A stretch of DNA of 63,278 nt, the filler included, from an uncultured bacterium (lineage in GTDB: Bacteria > CAYJOG01), in assembly GCA_964371695.1 (NCBI GenBank). It is 3 parts of 3 records of this genome, joined end to end, with 100 filler letters (N's around TTAATTAATTAA, not from the genome) between each part and the next. Parts side by side here need not be neighbours in the genome. Positions count along the whole stretch, not along the records: positions 1 to 22,118 come from CAYJOG010000001.1; 2 more parts are not named here. One strand, given 5' to 3'. Positions 1 to 8,296 of the stretch are shown in pieces. The position numbers and the translations under genes are program-made. The notes beneath the pieces were generated by a model. It was not told where the DNA came from and did not search any database. It worked only from the letters and a program-made list of their open reading frames with translations. Every line of letters begins with the position of its first letter. Position 1 is the stretch's first letter.

Positions 1-21
1 TCCCGCTTTCGCGGGAATGAC
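1..21 (-). repeat. Truncated copy of the GTCATTCCCGCGAAAGCGGGAATCCAG palindromic repeat at the window start
   Basis: tcccgctttcgcgggaatgac is the reverse complement of the repeat core seen at 24971, 33558 and 35306. Confidence 0.85.
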
Positions 22-121
22 GGCGGGGTAGCGGGGGCGGTGTTTTCTTTTTCCAGACACCAACCAGCAGCAGCCACCAACTACCGACTACTGACTTTCG
101 ACTTCCTGGGAGGTATTCAGG

Positions 122-3100
122 GTGAGCCTTAAGAAATTCATCAAACGACTCAAGAAACAGTTGGGTGGCGGGCGCGGGTTGTTCGGCGCGCTTTTTCTCA
201 TCGCCCTGCCGTTTCTGTTTCCTGCCGCCGGGGGCCTGATGGGCTGGCTGGGGGGCAAGAGCCTGCTTTACCGGGCCATTCTGGGCAGCAGCCTTTTTGG
301 CAAACGCAAAAAGCCCACCTATGGCGGCCACAGCAGCCGCAGTTATGCCTTTGGCGGTGCGGCGGACAACCTGGCCCAGGCGGGCAGCACGCTGCCCGTG
401 GTGTTTGGCGAGGTGCGGGTCACCGGCCTGCGGGTGTGGCAGCAGGTGGAGGGCGAAACCCTGCGGGATTTTGTGGTGATGAGCGAAGGGCCGGTGGCCG
501 AGGTGGATGACGTGTGGGTGAACGGCCTGCCCATTCAGGGCATCGAGGGCAGTTCCTACACCGCACTGTTGGGGACAAGCGCCCAGGCCAAGCCGGGCAG
601 CATGTCGCTCTACCGCCCCGGTGTGCCTTTTCTCACGGGTGTCGCCAGCACCATCAAGGCCAACGATGACACCGGCGGCAACCCCGTGGTGAGCGCCCGC
701 GTGAAGGGCGTGAGTGTCAAACAGTGGAACGGCTCGGCCTGGGTCACGGACTGGTCTGACAACCCCGCCTGGATCATCCGCCACCTGCTGGTGCAGGGGG
801 GCCACGAAGAAGCCGCCCTGGACGACGACAGCTTCATCAGCTTCGCGGATTATTGCGCCACGGTTATCAGCGGTGAATATGAACTGGGCATGGCCAACGT
901 GGCCCCGGCGGCCACCGTCACCGGGGGCAACTCGCCCGCCAGCGCCAACGATCGCAAGCGCCCCACCAAGCCCGACGCCGCAGGCACCTGGTGGATTTAT
1001 GGCCCCGCCACCGGCGTGAGCGTGCTGGGCGAAATGGACTTTGGCGTGCAGCGGCGCGTGGGGCGCGTGGTGATTCACTGGTGGGGCGGCGATGACCGCA
1101 CCTACAACCACCTGCTGCTGGAATACTGGGACGGCGCGGCGTGGCAACTGCTGGTGGACCGCACCGACAAGGACTACCAGTTCCGGGGCCGCACGGTGCT
1201 GGAAGCCCCGAACGCGCTGACACAGAAGCTGCGGGTGTCGGTGGGCAAGTCCAGCAAGGGCACGGCACACGGCACCCACATCGCCGAGATGGAGGTGTTC
1301 GCCAGCACCCCCGCCCGGCGTTACACCGCCAACGTGGTGCTGGACCACGAACGCCCGCTGCGGGACTGGATGGAAGACATCCTGAGCGCCTGCAACGCCT
1401 GGCTCACCCTCACCGACAGCGCCCTTTTGGGTGTGGACTGGGAGCGGGCCAAGACGGCGGTGTTCGGCTTTACCGAAGAGAACATTTTGCAGGACAGTTT
1501 CGAGTTCCGCGAGGTGTCGCCCGGTGATCGCCCCAACCGCGTGCGCCTGGGATATTTCGACCGCGTGCTGAACGAGCGGCGGCAGGTGCAGGCAGATCAC
1601 GCCGCAGACCAGGACGCCACCAGCCTGCGGGTGAAGGAGCTGGAGTTCCTGCACGTCACCCACCCCGGCCACGCGGGCAGGCTGGCGCGGATGCTGATCA
1701 ACATCGCCAGCCAGGTGCGGTTTGCCACCAGCTTTGAGGCCAAGCCGGGCGCGACGCTGCCGGTGTTGCCGGGCGACGTGGTGACGGTGACCCACCGGGT
1801 GGCGGGCTGGATCAACAAACCCTTTTGGGTGGACAGCGTGACCCCCGGTTTTTATGACGGCGCGGTGTTCGAGCTGGTGGAATACCGGCCAGAGGTGTAT
1901 GGCGGTGGCCTGGGGGGCTGGACACTGAGCGAGCTGGGCAGTTCGCTGCAAAACCCACTGGCCGCGCCGCCCCACCCCACGGGTCTGCTGCTGAGCGAGA
2001 GCCAGCGCCAGATGAAAGACGGGGCCTGGCTGCCCAGCATCATCGTGAGCTTCACGCCCCCTGCATCCGGCGGCGTGAGCCACATCGACGTGGAGCTTTC
2101 CGGCGATGGCGGGGCCACCTTCAAGACGGTGGGTTCCACGTCGCTCAGCCCGTTTGAGATCACCGGCCTGGCCAACGGAACCTACCGTGTGCGGCTGATT
2201 TCCGTGAACAGCCTGGGCGTGAAGGCCAGCCCTCTCACCGCGCCGTTTGCGGACCTCACCATTGCCGGCAAGGTGTCGGCGGCCAGCGGCGTCACGGGTT
2301 TCACCGGCAGCTTCGACAATGAAATTGTGCGGCTGGTGTGGAACGCCGTGGCCGACAGCGACGCCCGGCATTACCGGGTGAAGAAAGCCACGGGCGCGGG
2401 GCAGGCTTGGGCCGCCGCCACGCTGTTTGCCGAGGTGGACACCACCGAGCTGAGCTTTGAGGCCACACCCGCCATCGGGCGCGGGTTCATCTTCTTTCAG
2501 GTGAAGGCGGTGGACCGCAGCGGGAATGAATCCAGCGGCACACAGGGGGCCACGGTGGCGCTGGCCAATTCGTTCCCCGTGATGAACACCACCACGCCGG
2601 TCATCGAGCAGGCTCCGCCCAACGCCCACCGGGTGAGCTGGGCAAGCGTCACCACCGACCCGGACCTGGCCCGTTATGAAGTCCACCGCAGCCTCGCCAG
2701 CGGCTTCACCCCCAGCAAGGCCACGCTGGCGGGTGAGGTGGCCCAGGGCAACGCCACGGGCAGCTTCACCCTCACCCTGGTGATTCCCCACGAACCCGCC
2801 GCCACACCGGGCAGCACCTATTACTACCGCATCGTGGGCATTGACCGCGTGGGTGACAAAATCGGCGATCAGTATTCCAACGCCATCGCCTTCAGCCAGC
2901 AGGCGGGGCTGGCGGTGGAGGCCCCCCTGCACCCCACGGGCCTCATCCTCACCGAGGTGGTGACGCTGAACAAGGACGGGGCCAGCATGAGCAACGTGGA
3001 CGTGGGCTGGACCAACCCCGGCGGCGAGCGGTTCAGCCACGTGGCGGTGGAGCTGGCCGAAGACGTGGCCAGTTCGCCGGGCACTTACAAACGGGTGGGC

Positions 3101-4672
3101 ACGGCAGCCAGTGCCCCCTTTCGCATCCAGGCCCTGCGGGTGGCCACCTGGTGGGTGCGGCTGATTGCCATTGACCTGATGGGCAACGAGGCCAGCCCCG
3201 GCGGCGCGCCCGTGAGCAGCATTGTGCTCGATGGCATCACCGACGCGGCGGCCACCATCACCGGTTTTGCGGCGGACTACACCAGTGATGTCATCCGCCT
3301 GAGCTGGAACAAGGCCACGGAAAAGGACGTGAGCCATTACATTCTCAAACGCACCACCAATCCCGGTGACGCGTGGACCAGCGGCACGGTGGTGCGCGAT
3401 CACGTGCTGGGCACGGCGGTGCTGGTTCCGGCGCTGGAACTGGCCACGCGGGGGCCGGTCTATTTCCAGATCAAAGCGGTGAACCGCAGCGGGAATGAAT
3501 CCAGCGGCGCACAGGGGGCGGCCACCAGCGCTGCCAATGCCGCGCCCGTGTTCACCGGCGTCACGCCAGAGGTGATTCAGAACCCGCCCAACAGCCACCT
3601 CATCCGCTTCAACGCCCTGGTGGCCGAAAACGACCTGGACCGCTACGAGGTCCACCGCAGCCCCGCCAATGGTTTCACGCCCACCAAAGACACACTGGTG
3701 AGCGCCGTGAAGGCGGGCAAGATTGCGAGCGGCGCGACAGCCCCCAAGCTGGAGGCCGTGGTGAGCTTCAATCCCGGCGACAGCGAGGGCACGGTTTATT
3801 ACTACCGGGTGCAGGCCCTGGACACGGTGAGCGACGTGGTGGGTGATCAATATGGCGCGACCAGCCGCAGCCAGCAGGCCAGCGCCGTGCTGGCCTACAT
3901 TCAGGGCGCGCAGTTCACCCCCCACCTGCTGGGCAGTGTGAACCGCCGCAGCTTCCGCAGGCCAGCGGGCGTCATCGCCCTGAACGGTTATGTCTATGTG
4001 GCCAACATCGAGGCCCTGAAGATTTACCGCTATCACCCCGGCAATGGTGAGCTGACCGTGTGGCTCACGGGCGAGGCGGTGGACAGCTTCGCCTGGGATG
4101 GCGCGTACATGTACACCTACAACGCCGCCGGGGGCCTGCTGAAACGCTGGAGCACCTGGGACACCACACCCACGCAGGACGTGAGCGGCGACCCGTGGAC
4201 GGCGGGCGGCAAGGTGGTTGGCCCAAATCATGTTGGTATCGCGTATCGGGACACACAGAGCGGCAACCCGCGCCTGTTTGTGGTGGGGCTTTCCACGGGC
4301 CTGCACGGCGCTTATGCCAACGCCCGCGAGGTGTATCTCTACACCATCGCCCCCACCGTCACGGCGGTCACCGAAATCAGCGCCACTACCATGGACACAT
4401 TGATGGGCGGTTTCTATCCGGCGGGTGACCTCACGAACATGAAAATCACCGGTGTGGATTTCCACCCCGCCACCAGCCGCCTGTGGCTGAGCATGAACAG
4501 CTACCCCCATGTTCACCGTCTGGTGCTGAGCGGAAGCTGGTCACTGGAGAAAACTTACCCCGCCGCCCTGCCCAGCGCAGGCGACATGAAAACCGTCTAC
4601 GACGGCAACACCCCCCGCTACATCTACCAGACCAACTACAACGACAACACACTGGCCGCCGTGGCGCTGTGA
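122..4672 (+). CDS. Phage tail-tip / host-specificity J-like protein with an inserted discoidin-like domain, FN3 repeats and a C-terminal propeller-like region
   Basis: J-like motifs LPVVFGEVRVTG, SEGPV, WSDNPAWII, and PGDVVTVTH...W..KPFWV; duplicated FN3 blocks; GGGAGG upstream of the GTG start. Confidence 0.85.
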   Translation: MSLKKFIKRLKKQLGGGRGLFGALFLIALPFLFPAAGGLMGWLGGKSLLYRAILGSSLFGKRKKPTYGGHSSRSYAFGGAADNLAQAGSTLPVVFGEVRVTGLRVWQQVEGETLRDFVVMSEGPVAEVDDVWVNGLPIQGIEGSSYTALLGTSAQAKPGSMSLYRPGVPFLTGVASTIKANDDTGGNPVVSARVKGVSVKQWNGSAWVTDWSDNPAWIIRHLLVQGGHEEAALDDDSFISFADYCATVISGEYELGMANVAPAATVTGGNSPASANDRKRPTKPDAAGTWWIYGPATGVSVLGEMDFGVQRRVGRVVIHWWGGDDRTYNHLLLEYWDGAAWQLLVDRTDKDYQFRGRTVLEAPNALTQKLRVSVGKSSKGTAHGTHIAEMEVFASTPARRYTANVVLDHERPLRDWMEDILSACNAWLTLTDSALLGVDWERAKTAVFGFTEENILQDSFEFREVSPGDRPNRVRLGYFDRVLNERRQVQADHAADQDATSLRVKELEFLHVTHPGHAGRLARMLINIASQVRFATSFEAKPGATLPVLPGDVVTVTHRVAGWINKPFWVDSVTPGFYDGAVFELVEYRPEVYGGGLGGWTLSELGSSLQNPLAAPPHPTGLLLSESQRQMKDGAWLPSIIVSFTPPASGGVSHIDVELSGDGGATFKTVGSTSLSPFEITGLANGTYRVRLISVNSLGVKASPLTAPFADLTIAGKVSAASGVTGFTGSFDNEIVRLVWNAVADSDARHYRVKKATGAGQAWAAATLFAEVDTTELSFEATPAIGRGFIFFQVKAVDRSGNESSGTQGATVALANSFPVMNTTTPVIEQAPPNAHRVSWASVTTDPDLARYEVHRSLASGFTPSKATLAGEVAQGNATGSFTLTLVIPHEPAATPGSTYYYRIVGIDRVGDKIGDQYSNAIAFSQQAGLAVEAPLHPTGLILTEVVTLNKDGASMSNVDVGWTNPGGERFSHVAVELAEDVASSPGTYKRVGTAASAPFRIQALRVATWWVRLIAIDLMGNEASPGGAPVSSIVLDGITDAAATITGFAADYTSDVIRLSWNKATEKDVSHYILKRTTNPGDAWTSGTVVRDHVLGTAVLVPALELATRGPVYFQIKAVNRSGNESSGAQGAATSAANAAPVFTGVTPEVIQNPPNSHLIRFNALVAENDLDRYEVHRSPANGFTPTKDTLVSAVKAGKIASGATAPKLEAVVSFNPGDSEGTVYYYRVQALDTVSDVVGDQYGATSRSQQASAVLAYIQGAQFTPHLLGSVNRRSFRRPAGVIALNGYVYVANIEALKIYRYHPGNGELTVWLTGEAVDSFAWDGAYMYTYNAAGGLLKRWSTWDTTPTQDVSGDPWTAGGKVVGPNHVGIAYRDTQSGNPRLFVVGLSTGLHGAYANAREVYLYTIAPTVTAVTEISATTMDTLMGGFYPAGDLTNMKITGVDFHPATSRLWLSMNSYPHVHRLVLSGSWSLEKTYPAALPSAGDMKTVYDGNTPRYIYQTNYNDNTLAAVAL

Positions 4673-4698
4673 CAAACCGTGCTGCCCGTTGTTAGAAT
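4669..4698 (+). promoter_or_regulatory. Putative sigma70 promoter of the DUF488 gene
   Basis: GTGACA-18 bp-TAGAAT with an extended -10 TG; AGGAGG at 4706-4711 before ATG 4718. Confidence 0.45.
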
Positions 4699-4717
4699 CG
4701 TTTCAAGGAGGCGAACG

Positions 4718-5200
4718 ATGACGGTTTTCACCATTGGGTACGAAGGGGTAGACCTGCACACATTTTTGTCTCTTCTTTCCAGGCACGGCATCGACACCAT
4801 CGTGGACATACGCGAGCTTCCCCTTTCGCGGAAACCAGGATTTTCAAAAAAAGCCCTGGCCAAAAACCTGAACCACTCTGGTGTTGAATACCTTCACATG
4901 GCGGAACTGGGCTGCCCCAAACCCATCCGTATTCGTTACCGAGCAGACGACGACTGGGCGCGCTACACAAAGGATTTCCGCCTACACCTGCTTGCCCAGC
5001 AAACCGCAGTCCTTCGACTTGCCGACAGGGTATGCCAGTCAAACCACGCCCTCTTGTGTTTTGAAGCTGACTACAATTTCTGCCACCGCTCAATGGTTGC
5101 AGAGGCCATCAGAACCGCCTGTGGCGCGAGCATTAATCACATCAAGGCGACGGAAACAAGGGCAGGGTTTCCCGACTCTCGCCGATTGGCCTTGGTTTAG
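4718..5200 (+). CDS. DUF488 family protein
   Basis: VFTIGYEG, IVDIRELPLSRKPGFSK and LLCFE...CHR motifs; Shine-Dalgarno places the start at 4718. Confidence 0.9.
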   Translation: MTVFTIGYEGVDLHTFLSLLSRHGIDTIVDIRELPLSRKPGFSKKALAKNLNHSGVEYLHMAELGCPKPIRIRYRADDDWARYTKDFRLHLLAQQTAVLRLADRVCQSNHALLCFEADYNFCHRSMVAEAIRTACGASINHIKATETRAGFPDSRRLALV

Positions 5201-5981
5201 GCGGATAAATCACACTGATGATCAGCCACTGGTTTTGAAATCGGTGTTGATTTCCCATCAAAAACATCAAGTCACGTTCGAAAAGGTTTTTTTCAAGCTT
5301 TTCTCGGAACGGCTTCTCCCAATCCTGTCTATGCTTTTTCACACAATTCCAATAAAGTGCACCGGCCTCCCAATCAATTATTTTGTGACTGAATTCTTTC
5401 TCGCCCATCGGTGTGTCCAAAGCATAGTTGTAATAAAAATCAAACGGCACCTTCTGCAATTTATTTATAGTCCGCTGCGCTTCTTCTTCTGTGAATAAAT
5501 TTCCCTGTGTTTCATGCTTGACCAGGATTCTCTTCTCTTTGAGAGTCCAGTCTGGACGCTCAGCCTTATCAATTTGTAATTTAATCAGGCGCTTTGGACG
5601 AACCAACGCAATCGTCGGGCCCCTCCCACTCTCTTTTTCCTCTTTCTCATAGAAATTATCGAAAGCAGGAATTTTGTTAATCCAATGAACCCTATCAGCC
5701 CATTCATGCTTTGGTCCTATTGTTTCAAGGCAAGAGATTGTGTCTACAAATATTTTGAAGCTTTCTAGACGATGATCTTCTCGAGCTTTTTCAACTTTTG
5801 CTTCAATCCATTGCCATTTTTTAAATTGACGGTTTTCTTCTATTAAACGAAAAGGAACCGGAAAAATGCGTCGCATGGACCCCTGATCTGTTATTCCCGC
5901 AACGCAAGTGGTTTCAGAATACTTGGCGCTTGGCGAAGGATATGTTTTGGCCAAAATGAGGATGCGTTCTTTCCCTATCAC
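5142..5981 (-). CDS. Conserved hypothetical protein (KTYP..S.KY.ET.CVAG family), DUF488 partner
   Basis: 279-aa AT-rich ORF with GGAGG before GTG; overlaps the 3' end of the DUF488 gene convergently. Confidence 0.75.
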   Translation of the reverse strand: MIGKERILILAKTYPSPSAKYSETTCVAGITDQGSMRRIFPVPFRLIEENRQFKKWQWIEAKVEKAREDHRLESFKIFVDTISCLETIGPKHEWADRVHWINKIPAFDNFYEKEEKESGRGPTIALVRPKRLIKLQIDKAERPDWTLKEKRILVKHETQGNLFTEEEAQRTINKLQKVPFDFYYNYALDTPMGEKEFSHKIIDWEAGALYWNCVKKHRQDWEKPFREKLEKNLFERDLMFLMGNQHRFQNQWLIISVIYPPKPRPIGESRETLPLFPSP

Positions 5982-6137
5982 GATCGGCCTCCATCGTTAT
6001 TTTGAAAAATCTTCAACCCTCACGACAACGCCATAGCACTTTAGCATTAAAAGCTCATTCATGGCTATTTTGTAACCAAGTTCATTATAGGCAATAAAAA
6101 CGAGGCCTCAATCTCCCCAACAAAAAGAACAGCGCCC

Positions 6138-6479
6138 ATGTCCCCCACCGAAAAAACCACCAGCACGTTTGAGCGCCTGAGCCAGGCGGTGTTTCTGTTG
6201 CTGGCCCTGGCCACGCCGGTGCTTTCCTACGCCGCCAGTTGGGGCGCCATCCGCACCGAGGTGGTGCATTTTCAGTCCCGTCAAAAAGAACTGGAAGCCA
6301 CCCTGGCCCATCACGCGGGCGACCGGCTCTCTCACGCCCCGGCCCGCGACCTGCGCCGCCTGGAACACAAGCTGGAACGCCTGGAAGACAAGCTGGACCG
6401 CCTCACGCTGCTCTTGCTGCAACTTCAGTCTGGCCCACAAAAAGGAGAAGAAACCCGTGAAACCCGTTCCCCTGAGTAA
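6138..6479 (+). CDS. Holin/XhlA-like membrane protein (one TM plus coiled coil)
   Basis: Hydrophobic AVFLLLALATPVL, then heptads LEHKLERLEDKLDRL; overlaps the endolysin start. Confidence 0.5.
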   Translation: MSPTEKTTSTFERLSQAVFLLLALATPVLSYAASWGAIRTEVVHFQSRQKELEATLAHHAGDRLSHAPARDLRRLEHKLERLEDKLDRLTLLLLQLQSGPQKGEETRETRSPE

Positions 6480-6930
6480 ACATTTTTTCCTGCACGAGTT
6501 CACCACCAGCCAGACCGCCCTGCGCCGGGGCATCAACATCAATCCCTCGCCCGGATCGGCGGTTTTTCTCAACCTTCAGCGGCTGTGCGCCGACCTGCTG
6601 GAACCCCTGCGGGCCGAACTGAAAACGCCCCTTTTCATCAGCAGCGGATATCGCCCGCCGCGCCTGAACCGCCTGATTGGCGGCGCGCGCAACAGCCAGC
6701 ACGTCACAGGTCAGGCGGCAGATTTCACCGTGCCCGGCAAAACACCACTGGATGTGTGCCGGGTGATTCAGCGTCTGGGCCTTCCCTTTGACCAGTTGAT
6801 TCTGGAGTTTGGCCGCTGGACCCACATGAGCGTGGCCGCCCCTGGTGTTAAACCCCGCAGGCAGGTGTTGCGGGCCGTGCGCCGCGCCGGGCGCGTGGTT
6901 TATCTGCCGGGTCTGGGCGATGAGAAGTAG
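6457..6930 (+). CDS. Peptidase M15A-type endolysin (D-Ala-D-Ala carboxypeptidase family)
   Basis: LSKHFFLHEFTTS, ISSGYR, SQH..GQAADF, FDQLILE and WTH Zn-ligand motifs. Confidence 0.88.
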   Translation: MKPVPLSKHFFLHEFTTSQTALRRGININPSPGSAVFLNLQRLCADLLEPLRAELKTPLFISSGYRPPRLNRLIGGARNSQHVTGQAADFTVPGKTPLDVCRVIQRLGLPFDQLILEFGRWTHMSVAAPGVKPRRQVLRAVRRAGRVVYLPGLGDEK

Positions 6931-6955
6931 CCACAGGCGTCTCGCCTGTGGCTAC
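6927..6955. repeat. GTAG-type REP palindrome
   Basis: gtagccacaggcg-tct-cgcctgtggctac has 13-bp arms; a near-identical copy lies at about 26810-26835. Confidence 0.75.
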
Positions 6956-7029
6956 TGACTTTCCCGGAGTAGCGGCGGTGTCCTCACCGCCGTAAAAACC
7001 CTTGTGTAAAAAACCAAAAGGAGGCTTTT

Positions 7030-7251
7030 ATGGAATCACTCAACGGAATCGGCGGCCAGTTGCTGCTGGGGGCGGCGGCCCTTTTGCTGATGATGCTCTC
7101 GGCAGCCATCGGCAAGCGCCTGGGCGTCACACCCCGCCAGGTGCGTGAGGTGTTGCAACTGGCCCGCGAAGCCCGCCTCACCGGTGGCTCGCTGGTGGAC
7201 AAGGACATGGCCCGTGAGGTGGAAAAACGCCTGCGGCGCTGGCTCATTTAA
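7030..7251 (+). CDS. Small membrane protein, possibly part of the lysis cassette
   Basis: AAGGAGG SD; single TM segment followed by a basic C-terminus. Confidence 0.6.
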   Translation: MESLNGIGGQLLLGAAALLLMMLSAAIGKRLGVTPRQVREVLQLAREARLTGGSLVDKDMAREVEKRLRRWLI

Positions 7252-7357
7252 AAACACACCGCCGCCACAACACAAAACATGAACAATCGTTCGCGCCCTT
7301 TTTTTATTTCTATTCAAGAAAAGTAAAAAGCGGAACCCCTGCCGGGACATTAGGTGT

Positions 7358-8275
7358 GTGAGTCAGCCTCTTTCTGTTCAATGGCGGTGTCGCCGCCCTG
7401 CGTTGTTTCGCCTTTTGGTGCTGCCCGGCCTTCTGCTGCTGAGCGGCTGCCGCACACAGGACCCAGCCGTCGAGTTCAACAAGCGAATCACCAGTCTGGA
7501 AGACCGCGTGACCCGGCTGGAAGAAGAACTCGCCCGTGTGCGCGACTCGTCCCAACTGGACCCAGGCCAGGGCGGGGCAGACCTGTCCCAGACCGCGGCC
7601 TATCAGCGCATCACCCGCAAGGCGGGCCACAGTGGCCGGGTTTATCGCACCAACGGAGCCATTGTGTCGCTCAAGGGCGGCGGCGGAGCGAGTTTCTCTT
7701 TTGAAAAACCCGACGTGCTCAAGGTGGCGGGCCACGCGGTGAAGCTGCCTGATCTTTCGTTGTGCGCGCCGCCGGGCAAAAAAGATTTCATCCCCATCGA
7801 TATGGATTTTTTGATGGCCCCCGACAACCGTCTGGCCTGGGTGGTGGTGGCCTGCCCCAACGACGGCGACATTCTTTATCTCGTGGACATGGAAAACGGC
7901 CGCCTGCTGCAAACCGAGTTTTCCGGCCCCGCCGCCCCCACCACCAGCACGTTGTGGTCGCCCGATGCGGCGTTCATTCTCATGGAATCCTGCAAGGGCG
8001 TGTGCAACCTCACGCTGCTGGACACCGCAGGCAACAAGCTGGATTTTGAAGCCCCCGACCTGTTTGGTTATGTGCCCCCCGAAAACACAGAAGACAAAAC
8101 CCCGCCCAAGTGCCGCATTCTGAGCGGCGACTGGACCGGCGTGGCCGTGGCGCGGCTGAAGCTGGGCTGCTCGCGCAAAACCAGCCAGGCCCCCGCCAAC
8201 GACAACGAGGTGGAGCTGACCATGCCCGCCGACCTCAACGTGCTGGAGCGCACGATGACAGTGGTGGTGCAGTGA
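7358..8275 (+). CDS. Hypothetical lipoprotein
   Basis: Lipobox LLLSGC followed by a coiled coil; host-like codon usage. Confidence 0.7.
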   Translation: MSQPLSVQWRCRRPALFRLLVLPGLLLLSGCRTQDPAVEFNKRITSLEDRVTRLEEELARVRDSSQLDPGQGGADLSQTAAYQRITRKAGHSGRVYRTNGAIVSLKGGGGASFSFEKPDVLKVAGHAVKLPDLSLCAPPGKKDFIPIDMDFLMAPDNRLAWVVVACPNDGDILYLVDMENGRLLQTEFSGPAAPTTSTLWSPDAAFILMESCKGVCNLTLLDTAGNKLDFEAPDLFGYVPPENTEDKTPPKCRILSGDWTGVAVARLKLGCSRKTSQAPANDNEVELTMPADLNVLERTMTVVVQ

Positions 8276-8296
8276 GTTTTTCTGGTCCGGGGTTTT

